Part shown: positions 56,118 through 63,876 of the stretch, piece by piece | How the letters are laid out: each line of letters opens with the position of its first letter | Numbering within the stretch: the first letter of the stretch is position 1 | DNA from: a virus | Taxonomy: Duplodnaviria > Heunggongvirae > Uroviricota > Caudoviricetes | Length of the DNA stretch: 64,000 nt | Reading direction: 5' to 3' (one strand) | Virus record (IMG/VR): IMGVR_UViG_3300037313_001331 | The notes under the pieces: generated by a model | The model's database searches: none | The model's input: the letters and a program-made list of their open reading frames with translations, nothing else | What the model was told of the DNA's origin: nothing | Program-made: the position numbers and the translations under genes

Positions 56118-57062
56118 TCAGCCGAGTTGGCTCAGCAGTTCGTCCAGGTCCGGGTCACCGGTGGGCTCGCCCGCCGTCGTCGCGGCTGCGGGAGCCGCCG
56201 CGGGCTTGGCCGCTGCCTTCGCGGGCAGATCCGGCACGTCGGTGATCTCCTCGTCCAGCTTCTTGGCAGCTGCAGCGGGCTTCGCGGCCGGCTTGCGCGG
56301 TGCAGCGACGGCGTAGTCGTCGTCGACCAGCTCGGCGGCACCAGCTGCGGCCTCGGGCAGGCCCGAGGGGCGAGCACCGGCTGCGGCCGGAGCTGCCAGC
56401 AGACCGGCAACGGAACGCACCGAGTTCAGGGCGCGCTGTTGTTGCTCGACCGACTCCTGCTGCACGTAGGCGTCCAGGTCGTGGAGCTTGGTGAGCACGT
56501 CCGGCGACACGGCGCTCGCCTTCGCGGCCAGCATGGTCTGGTACTTGGTGTTCTTGCCCGTGCCTTCGCGGGTGATGATGATGTCCGAACCCGGATTGCC
56601 GTCGCCCATGATGATGGACTCGCCGGCTTCTTCGTACTCGGTGGCGATGCCCAGCACCTGCTCGAACACCGTGGGCGCCAGCTCCAGGATCTGGACCTCG
56701 CCGGGGGTCGGGCCATCCAGCTGCACCGCGTTCAACAGCACGCGGCCGGCGGACTTGGCTTCCTTCAGCAGCTCCATCGTGGCGTCGTCGGTCGCGCCCT
56801 TGATGGCGCTCTGCACCGCGTCGCACACGGGGCAGGGACGACCGAAGGTCTTGTCCGTGCAGACGTAGATCGCGGCGATGGTGTTGTCGGCGTTCTTGAC
56901 GAAGTGCTGACCGAAGTCGTGCCAGAACTGCTGGCCGGCGCCACGCCAGGACTGGAGGATGCGCCAGCGACTGCGACCTGCGGCCGGCTTGACGGTCTTG
57001 CGACGCTTGCCGGAGGCCAGGTCTTGCTTCTTGTTCTTCAGGAGTTCGAGCAATGCGGACAT
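56118..57062 (-). CDS. putative ssDNA-binding protein
   Basis: position in the replication block, Cys cluster CTDKTFGRPCPVCD, Ala/Pro-rich linker and acidic tail DPDLDELLSQLG; inference only. Confidence 0.4.
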   Translation of the reverse strand: MSALLELLKNKKQDLASGKRRKTVKPAAGRSRWRILQSWRGAGQQFWHDFGQHFVKNADNTIAAIYVCTDKTFGRPCPVCDAVQSAIKGATDDATMELLKEAKSAGRVLLNAVQLDGPTPGEVQILELAPTVFEQVLGIATEYEEAGESIIMGDGNPGSDIIITREGTGKNTKYQTMLAAKASAVSPDVLTKLHDLDAYVQQESVEQQQRALNSVRSVAGLLAAPAAAGARPSGLPEAAAGAAELVDDDYAVAAPRKPAAKPAAAAKKLDEEITDVPDLPAKAAAKPAAAPAAATTAGEPTGDPDLDELLSQLG

Positions 57063-57112
57063 GTAGTTTCCCTTGTTGGTTTGGTTGGGTGAAGAGCGGT
57101 TTGACCCGCCCT

Positions 57113-57139
57113 CACATTATAGTGTGTGTCAGTGGTGAC
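57113..57139 (-). promoter_or_regulatory. class A box plus TATAAT
   Basis: minus strand GTCACCACTGACACACACTATAATGTGAGG upstream of the SSB-like gene. Confidence 0.5.
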
Positions 57140-57142
57140 TGA

Positions 57143-57652
57143 CTATTCGGACGACTTCGCAGCGCCGCCAGACATCGCGTCCAGCATCCGCTCGCGATTG
57201 GCCTGGTTGACAGCGACCCGCAGGCCACCCTCCTTCTCCTTCGCTGCGTCCCGGGCGATCTGCAGGAGCATGTCCTTGCGGTGCTCGAAGGATCGCTCAG
57301 CGACTTCGGCCAGGCGGTATTCCTGCTGAGCGTCGATCAGCTGCGCGTAGGCGCGACGGTACCGGGCGTCCAGCACCAGCGCGGCACGAATCTGCCCCTC
57401 GGTGGTCTTGGGGTTTTCTTCCTTCAGCTTCAGACGGTATTCGCCATCCAGCTTGCCTTCGAGGATCTCGACCGCCACCTTGTACCGCTCGTACTGGCGC
57501 TTCGCCCGCACGGTCCGCGTGGCGTAGAACACGTACAGCGCGGAGTGCTGCGCCATGTTCCCGCTCAGGTCGGTCAGGTCGATGGAAATGTCCTTCTTCA
57601 GCTGCTCCGGGTCGACGTATGCCGTCATCGCGGTTTCTGCGGCTTCGCTCAT
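57143..57652 (-). CDS. hypothetical protein
   Basis: AGGAGAG SD; ATGA overlap with the dnaE stop. Confidence 0.5.
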   Translation of the reverse strand: MSEAAETAMTAYVDPEQLKKDISIDLTDLSGNMAQHSALYVFYATRTVRAKRQYERYKVAVEILEGKLDGEYRLKLKEENPKTTEGQIRAALVLDARYRRAYAQLIDAQQEYRLAEVAERSFEHRKDMLLQIARDAAKEKEGGLRVAVNQANRERMLDAMSGGAAKSSE

Positions 57653-60600
57653 GTCAGTAGCTCTCCTAGTTTCTCGAACGTGTTCTCGATCAGCCGGACC
57701 TTCGAGGGGTCATGGAAGACTGATCCGGGGTGAATGCCGAAGATGACGGTTGCATCCAGGTCGGCGCGATAGATGACCTTGCCGGCCAGGTCCGCCGGCG
57801 TGCCCTTGATGCCCGGCGCGAACCAGCGCACCGCGTTGCTGCCCATCGCGATGATGATGGGCGGCTTCAGAATCTCGATCTCCTGCTCCAGGTACTTGGA
57901 GCATCCGATGATCTGCTCGTTGGTCAGGGCCTTCTGCTCTTTCGGCTTCGACACCTTCACCAGCGACGTGTAGTAGCCGTCGGAGGCCCGGAGGCCCACG
58001 TCCTTCAGAGCCGCCTTCACCGCTTCGGAGGCCTTGCCTTCCAGCATCTTGCCGGCGCGCTCCTCTTCCCAGCTGGGTGTGTCGAACACCATCATGAACC
58101 GCGGCTTGTCGCCCATGCGCGGCAGCGGGTGCGGCTTGCCCTTGAGCGAGCACCCCTCACATGCGCGGGCCTCCTCGACCAGGCGGGTGATCTTGATCTT
58201 GGCCAAGTGCTCCGCATTCAGCTCGCGGTCGGGGCGCACCATTTCGACGGTGAAGCCCGGCACCAGTGCAATGCGGTCTTTCAACCGGTCGGGGTGCGTC
58301 GCGGGCTTGCCCTCACCGGTGATCGAGTGGAGTGCCCCGACCTTCTCCAGGTTCTCCAGGTGCTTGCTGTTGACGGCGGTCCGCCCCAGCACCTCCTTCT
58401 GGGTCTCCTGGTCCAGCCCGCGGATGTGCGCCGGCACCTCCACGATCTTCACCTTGGTCTTGAGCGGCACTTCCTTCGTGCTCACCGGCACCCAGGTGAA
58501 TCTGCCGCCCACGTGGGCGCGCAGCTTCTCGATGGCAGCGGCCACGCCCGAGCTGATGCCCTTGATGGCCTGCAGGGGCGCGTACAGCTTGTCCTCGCCC
58601 TCGATCTCAACCCGGGCGCTCGAACGGTTCAGGTCAGGCGGCAGGACCTGCAGCTTCTTCCCCTGGGCATCAAGCACCAGGCCCGCCAGCTTCTCGTCCT
58701 TGTCGACCACCGTCATCGCCGCGGCGAAGAATTCGGCGGGGTAGTACACCTTCAGCCACATCGTCACCCAGCTGATGAGCGAGTACTCGTAGGAGTGCGA
58801 CTTGTTGAAGGAGTATGCCGCGTAGCCCTCGATGGAGGTCCACAGCGACTCGGCCTTGTGCTCTTCCCATTCGGAGTGGTCGACGCAGCCCTTGATGAAC
58901 TTGTCCTTGAACTCGGCCATCTTCTCGGCGTCCTTCTTGCCGATGGCCTTTCGCACACCGTCTGCTTCGCCCGGCGTGAAGCCCGCGAGCACCCGGCAGA
59001 CCTGCATCACCTGCTCCTGGTACGCCATCACCCCGTAGGTTTCAGACAGCACCGGCTCCAGCTTCGGGTGGTCGTAGTACGGCCGCGTGGCTCCCTGCTT
59101 CACCTGGACGTAGCGGTCACAGAGGCCGGCGTCCAGCGGGCCCGGCCGGAAGAGCGCGGTTGCGGCGCAGATGTCGTCGAACGTGAGCGGCCCGCCCAGT
59201 GCCAGCTGCTTCAGCAGGTTCTTCATGCCGCCGCCCTCGAACTGGAACACGCCGGTGGTGTCGCCCTTCGCGAATGCCTCCAGCACCCGCTTGTCGTCAA
59301 GCGGCAGGGAAAGCATGTCGATGGTCTTGTGGTGACGCTCGCGGATGTACTCCAGCGCCGTCTCGACCATGTCCAGAGTGCTGAGGCCCAGAATGTCGAT
59401 CTTGATCAGGCCAAAGTCCTCGACCTTGGTCTTGTCCCACTGCACGATCGGCAGGGTGCTGCCATCCTTGTCACCGCGGGTGGACACCACGGCCCGGTTC
59501 ACCACCGGCTCGCCGGCGACGACCACGCCCGCGGCGTGTTGCGACAGCGAGCGGTTGGCGCCCTCCAGGCGCAGCGCATAGTCCCACAGGATCGGCCGCT
59601 CGTTCTTGAACTTCTCGATGTCGGGCACGCGTTCGGCGGACTCGGTCAGGCTCAGCGAGACACCGTGCTCCTTTTCCATCTGCTTCGAGCAGGCGTACTC
59701 CCATGGATCCAGGTCATGCAGGCGCGCGGTGTCGCGCAGCGCCGACGCCGGGCCCAGAGTGGAGAAGTTGACGATGCCGGCAACGCGGTCGTGCCCCCAC
59801 TTGTTGCGGATGTAGTCGATGACCATGTGGCGCTTGCCGGACATGAAGTCGAGGTCGGCGTCGGGAAGGTCCACGCGGTCGGGGTTGATGAAGCGCTCGA
59901 ACAGCAGGCCGAAACGGATGGGGTCGATGTCAGTGATGCCCATCAGGTAGGCGACCAGAGACCCGCCCACGGAGCCGCGCCCGGGGCCGACGCGCACGCC
60001 GTTTTCCTTGCTCCAGTTGACGATGTCCTGCACCAGCAGGAAGTAGCCGCTGAAGCCCATCTTCTTCAGGACGCCCAGCTCGAATGCCAGGCGCTCCCGG
60101 TACGGTCCGTCCAGGTCCTCGCGGCTCGGGGCGTGGCCCCAGACCTCGCGACCGAAGCGTTTGCCCCAGCCGGCCTTCACTGCGGCCAGCAGCGCGGTGA
60201 ACTCGTCGTCAGCCATCTTGGGCATGGTCGGCTGCAGCTTCTTGAAGACGAAGCTGCAGCCGGCCGGGATCAGCTTGGCGTTCTCGACCAGCGAGAGCAC
60301 CCGACCGCTGCCAACCTGGTCGCGCAGCTTCTTGCACTCCTCCACCATGTCCTTCGCTGACAGCAGGCACATGTTGCGCACGTAGGGGCGCGGCAGAAAG
60401 ATCGAATGGGCGGACGTGTTGCTGCTGATGGCGCGCAGCACGTCGGTGGCATTCGCGTCCTCGGGCGTGGCGTAGAACGCCGGCCGAGTGACGATCATGG
60501 TCTGCAGGTAGGCGTCGCCCACCTCGAACGCCTTGCGGTTCAGACGGTTGAACAGCGGCGTGTCCAGCGCCACCAGCTCGATGATGTAGTCGCGGCCGAA

Positions 60601-61074
60601 CCGGGCGGACAGCTGCGCGCTGATCGAGGTGGCGTCCTCGCGGTGCCACAGGTTGTAGATGTCGCCGGTCGTGACGATCACGTCCTCCAGCGCCAGCACG
60701 TCGGCCAGACCCAGGCGGGCGTGGTAGTAGTAGTGCTCGGGCGTGAGCGACTTCGTGAGGGCCGCGAACAGACTCTGCATGCCCTTGTCGGACTTCACGT
60801 AGACCTTCAGGCGGTAGCCGCCGTTCTCGCGGTCCTTGAGCTTCGCCGTCGGATCGTCCACCACCTGGATGGTGCACCCGACAATGGGCGTGATGCCGGC
60901 CTTCTTGCATTTCTCGGCGAAGAACGGCATCGACGCGACGCTCATGTAGTCCGCGAGCGCGATGTGCGTGTAGCCCAGCTCCTTCGCGCGGTCGACGATC
61001 TTGCCGACCTGGAAGCTGGACTCGCCCAGCGAGAAGTCGGAGCGAACCGACAGTGCGATCTGCAGCGGATTCAA
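57649..61074 (-). CDS. dnaE: DNA polymerase III alpha (DnaE) fused to a C-terminal family-4 UDG-like domain
   Basis: PHP domain and palm GPGRGSVGGSLVAYLMGITDIDP; C-terminal ~190 aa with GIHPGSV (HPS-like) motif; TTG start after GGAGAAG, overlapping upstream TGA (TTGA). Confidence 0.85.
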   Translation of the reverse strand: MNPLQIALSVRSDFSLGESSFQVGKIVDRAKELGYTHIALADYMSVASMPFFAEKCKKAGITPIVGCTIQVVDDPTAKLKDRENGGYRLKVYVKSDKGMQSLFAALTKSLTPEHYYYHARLGLADVLALEDVIVTTGDIYNLWHREDATSISAQLSARFGRDYIIELVALDTPLFNRLNRKAFEVGDAYLQTMIVTRPAFYATPEDANATDVLRAISSNTSAHSIFLPRPYVRNMCLLSAKDMVEECKKLRDQVGSGRVLSLVENAKLIPAGCSFVFKKLQPTMPKMADDEFTALLAAVKAGWGKRFGREVWGHAPSREDLDGPYRERLAFELGVLKKMGFSGYFLLVQDIVNWSKENGVRVGPGRGSVGGSLVAYLMGITDIDPIRFGLLFERFINPDRVDLPDADLDFMSGKRHMVIDYIRNKWGHDRVAGIVNFSTLGPASALRDTARLHDLDPWEYACSKQMEKEHGVSLSLTESAERVPDIEKFKNERPILWDYALRLEGANRSLSQHAAGVVVAGEPVVNRAVVSTRGDKDGSTLPIVQWDKTKVEDFGLIKIDILGLSTLDMVETALEYIRERHHKTIDMLSLPLDDKRVLEAFAKGDTTGVFQFEGGGMKNLLKQLALGGPLTFDDICAATALFRPGPLDAGLCDRYVQVKQGATRPYYDHPKLEPVLSETYGVMAYQEQVMQVCRVLAGFTPGEADGVRKAIGKKDAEKMAEFKDKFIKGCVDHSEWEEHKAESLWTSIEGYAAYSFNKSHSYEYSLISWVTMWLKVYYPAEFFAAAMTVVDKDEKLAGLVLDAQGKKLQVLPPDLNRSSARVEIEGEDKLYAPLQAIKGISSGVAAAIEKLRAHVGGRFTWVPVSTKEVPLKTKVKIVEVPAHIRGLDQETQKEVLGRTAVNSKHLENLEKVGALHSITGEGKPATHPDRLKDRIALVPGFTVEMVRPDRELNAEHLAKIKITRLVEEARACEGCSLKGKPHPLPRMGDKPRFMMVFDTPSWEEERAGKMLEGKASEAVKAALKDVGLRASDGYYTSLVKVSKPKEQKALTNEQIIGCSKYLEQEIEILKPPIIIAMGSNAVRWFAPGIKGTPADLAGKVIYRADLDATVIFGIHPGSVFHDPSKVRLIENTFEKLGELLT

Positions 61075-61280
61075 GGCGTCTTCTCCAGCGGCACGACGAC
61101 ACCCTTGAAGATGTCCGCGTACTTCACCGCGCTGCCGATTGACATCGGCACACTGAACCGAGGTGGAATGCAGTCGTCGTAGCGAACGCGTGCTTTTGGC
61201 CACCAGTGAGGCTCGTGCCCGCGGAGACCGTTGTGACAAAAGAAACCCATTCGCCCGAGAAGAAGCCAGATCTTGAACAT
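61071..61280 (-). CDS. small ORF translationally coupled to dnaE
   Basis: ATG 5 nt after class A box plus ACACA; no SD. Confidence 0.35.
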   Translation of the reverse strand: MFKIWLLLGRMGFFCHNGLRGHEPHWWPKARVRYDDCIPPRFSVPMSIGSAVKYADIFKGVVVPLEKTP

Positions 61281-61285
61281 TGTGT

Positions 61286-61297
61286 GTCAGTGGTGAC
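61286..61297. promoter_or_regulatory. class A box
   Basis: minus strand GTCACCACTGACACACA directly followed by ATG 61280. Confidence 0.5.
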
Positions 61298-61306
61298 TGA
61301 GTCTTT

Positions 61307-61912
61307 TCATGATAGTGCCCGCGTGGGGTTGGATGTGAAATGCAACGCCCCATTCAGCTCACAAACCAGTTGCCCGGCGAGGAAGATCGCCACCGCATCG
61401 GAGACCTTCACCTTGGCGCTACTGGGCGCCATGCCCAGCTCTGCCTGGAAGGCGAATGCCAAGCGCGCTCGGGACCATCCGCCCTCCAGCAGGGCCCGCA
61501 CCATGATGTGTCGCCAGCCCTTCGCCGCGGGGTTTCGGCCCGCCTGCATTTCCGCACGCACGTGGTCGAACCAGCCACACTCGAAGCCCCGACGGATCTG
61601 ACTCTGCACGCGCTTGGGCGCGGCGTCGATCACCTGCTGTTCGCCCGCGGTGATGCTGACGCGCGTGACGCCCCGGGTGCTCGCCGTGATCGTTCTGTCG
61701 GGGACCTCCCCACCCTGCTTCGCTGGCGAACCCTGCAGCAGCTTCGCTGCGAGCACAAGGTCCTGGCGTGCACGACGCACGCCAGCTTCATCGGGAAGCT
61801 TCGCCAGCACCCGACGTGCAACCGACACGCACGCCGCCGAGTGCGAACAGGCGCCACACGTTGTCGATGTGGCGCTGACGTAGACCGGAGAACCGTAGCA
61901 GGTGGGCGTCAA
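61307..61912 (-). CDS. Cys-rich protein coupled to the sigma factor (candidate anti-sigma)
   Basis: TTG start overlapping the sigma stop (TTGA); CYG...TTCGACSHSAAC cluster; function inferred from context only. Confidence 0.4.
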   Translation of the reverse strand: MTPTCYGSPVYVSATSTTCGACSHSAACVSVARRVLAKLPDEAGVRRARQDLVLAAKLLQGSPAKQGGEVPDRTITASTRGVTRVSITAGEQQVIDAAPKRVQSQIRRGFECGWFDHVRAEMQAGRNPAAKGWRHIMVRALLEGGWSRARLAFAFQAELGMAPSSAKVKVSDAVAIFLAGQLVCELNGALHFTSNPTRALS

Positions 61913-62592
61913 GCGGCTTTGTCCGAGAGCGTCTTGCGCAGGCCTCCGATGGGTGCCCACTGCACGTCGAACTTGGCGAGGATCTCGCGCTTGACCTGGC
62001 GCAGCTCTTCGCCAGCCAGACCGATCTCGGTACACAGCTCGCGAAGCTTGCGGCCACCGGTGCCGCGCTCCTTCTCGTCGAGCATCAGTGCCGTCACCAG
62101 GCGGCGAGCGCCCGGGGACAAGGATGCCAGGCGCTCACGCACGGCATCGCGGTGGTCGAGGCGGTCCTCTTCGGAATCATCCATCTGGTCGCCGGCCAGC
62201 AGCTCCAACGGGTCGCCCTCCGCCTCTGCGCCCACGACTTCCTCGTAGCTGACCAGGCCCAGCTCGGCACGCTCCTTCTCGGGCTTCTCGATGTAGGCGT
62301 TGAAGAAGCGCCACGCGACGGTCTGACAGTAGCTGGAGAAGTAGGTGCCGCGGTCGGCGGACCAGCTGCGAGCCGCCTGGACGTAGCCCAGGTTCAGCAC
62401 GCTCATGCAGTCGTCCAGCTCCATGCCCAGCCCCATGGCCTCCACCCGCCGGAATGCCTTGATGGCCATGCCCTTCAACATGCCCTGGACGGACTCGTAG
62501 GAGCCATCGTTCGCGTAGCGCTTGTTCTTCTCCTCCCGAACGCGAGTGGTGCGCGGCTTCAGGACAACGACGGTGGGGGAAACTGCTTGCAT
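61909..62592 (-). CDS. sigma-70-family RNA polymerase sigma factor
   Basis: region-2-like RGTYFSSYCQTVAWRFFNAYI and region-4 HTH LRELCTEIGLAGEELRQVKREILAKF; AAGGA SD. Confidence 0.7.
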   Translation of the reverse strand: MQAVSPTVVVLKPRTTRVREEKNKRYANDGSYESVQGMLKGMAIKAFRRVEAMGLGMELDDCMSVLNLGYVQAARSWSADRGTYFSSYCQTVAWRFFNAYIEKPEKERAELGLVSYEEVVGAEAEGDPLELLAGDQMDDSEEDRLDHRDAVRERLASLSPGARRLVTALMLDEKERGTGGRKLRELCTEIGLAGEELRQVKREILAKFDVQWAPIGGLRKTLSDKAA

Positions 62593-62616
62593 GGGACTGA
62601 TCCTTGAGTCGAAAAA

Positions 62617-63786
62617 TTACTTGCCGAAAACGCGCTTGGCGACCTGGTCCGCGACTTCGCGGTCCACCGTCGACAGACGGTTGATGAAGGCCTTCTGCAG
62701 GCCCAGGTGGTAGTTGTTGTGGGCGTACCCGTACATGCCAGCGTTGATCAGCGAACGCGGCGAGATCGGGTTGGACAGCTTGGACGAGTCGAACTCCTGG
62801 CGCACTCGGGTGGCAAAGTCGACGAGCAGCTTCGCGTCCTCGGGCGGGATGTCCGACTGCAGGGCGACCAGTCGCTCCTCCAGCGCCTTCTCCATGTAGG
62901 GCATCTTCTCGACGATGCCGAAGCGCTCGAAGTTGGCGGCGTTCTGGATCGTGGTGCCCTGGTACAGGCCGGTCTCATCGCCCTGCCCGTTCGTGTTGCC
63001 CGTTGCGACGATGCGGAAGTCCGGATGCGGCTTCACGACCCGCATCGAGGTGTCAGCTTCCTTGATGAACAGCGGCTTGCCTTCCAGCACCGCCTGGTAC
63101 ACGGCGAGCACCTCCGGGCGCCCGAAGTCGTACTCGTCGGCGATGTACAGCCACCCGTACTTCATCGCCATGGGCAACGGCCCGTACTCGAAGAACGTGT
63201 GACCATCGCGCAGACGCCACCCGCCGACGATGTGCTCCTCTTCCATGTTGGCGGTGTGCTGCACACGCACGGTGGGGCGTCGCGTGCGTGCCGCGACCTG
63301 CTCGAAGATGGTGGTCTTGCCGGTACCCGAGTGACCCCAGAGGAACGTCGGGATGTTCATCTCCAGCCCGAACATCAGCGACTTGAGCACGTCCAGGTTG
63401 AAGACGTAGTTGGGGTCGACTGCCGGCACCATGTCGGAGAACTCGGGCGTGTCCGGCATGACGGAGATTTTGATCGGCTCGCCCTTGCTGCTGAGCGCCG
63501 CCTTGACCTTGCCCAGGCCGAAGACTTCGTGGAAGTTTTTCTTCATGGACGTGGCCACCGGGGTGGAAGATGTGTCAGTACTGACTGAGCTTGCAAGCGC
63601 TCGCTTTTCCAGCTCTGCCTTTGCGATGTCGCTCAGCAGCGGCGCACCGGGAAACTCCTTCTCGTAGTCCTTGAGGGTGTACCCCTCGGCGGCGTGGTCC
63701 TTCGCGATGTGCAGCTGAATCGAGTGGACCTTTGCGCCACACTTCATGCACTTGATCTTGGTGTCTTCCGTGGTGCCCTTGCTCAT
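62617..63786 (-). CDS. AAA+ ATPase (MoxR/CobS-like) with N-terminal zinc ribbon
   Basis: Walker A LWGHSGTGKTT, Walker B LYIADEYD, N-terminal CMKCGAKVH; ATG after GGAGGA. Confidence 0.8.
   Translation of the reverse strand: MSKGTTEDTKIKCMKCGAKVHSIQLHIAKDHAAEGYTLKDYEKEFPGAPLLSDIAKAELEKRALASSVSTDTSSTPVATSMKKNFHEVFGLGKVKAALSSKGEPIKISVMPDTPEFSDMVPAVDPNYVFNLDVLKSLMFGLEMNIPTFLWGHSGTGKTTIFEQVAARTRRPTVRVQHTANMEEEHIVGGWRLRDGHTFFEYGPLPMAMKYGWLYIADEYDFGRPEVLAVYQAVLEGKPLFIKEADTSMRVVKPHPDFRIVATGNTNGQGDETGLYQGTTIQNAANFERFGIVEKMPYMEKALEERLVALQSDIPPEDAKLLVDFATRVRQEFDSSKLSNPISPRSLINAGMYGYAHNNYHLGLQKAFINRLSTVDREVADQVAKRVFGK
63574..63585. promoter_or_regulatory. class A box inside the AAA+ ATPase CDS
   Basis: GTCAGTACTGAC within codons for SSVSTDTS, about 30 nt before an in-frame Met. 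Confidence 0.4.
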
Positions 63787-63817
63787 CAAATCCTCCGGTT
63801 CACAATGTTTGTCGCGG

Positions 63818-63850
63818 GGTTGCGATGGTTGAATCTTCGCCCCTACATCT
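63818..63850 (-). promoter_or_regulatory. class B box copy 8
   Basis: GTTGCGATGGTTGAATCTTCGCCCC; about 30 nt before the AAA+ ATPase ATG. Confidence 0.5.
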
Positions 63851-63863
63851 TGGACATCATACA

Positions 63864-63875
63864 GTCAGCGCTGAC
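63864..63875. promoter_or_regulatory. class A box
   Basis: GTCAGCGCTGAC upstream of class B copy 8. Confidence 0.45.
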
Positions 63876-63876
63876 T

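Noticed and set aside
10952-63850. Class B box as a sigma-54 (-24/-12) or sigma-28 promoter
   Set aside because: No GG-N10-GC spacing in either orientation, and no TAAA / GCCGATAA pattern.
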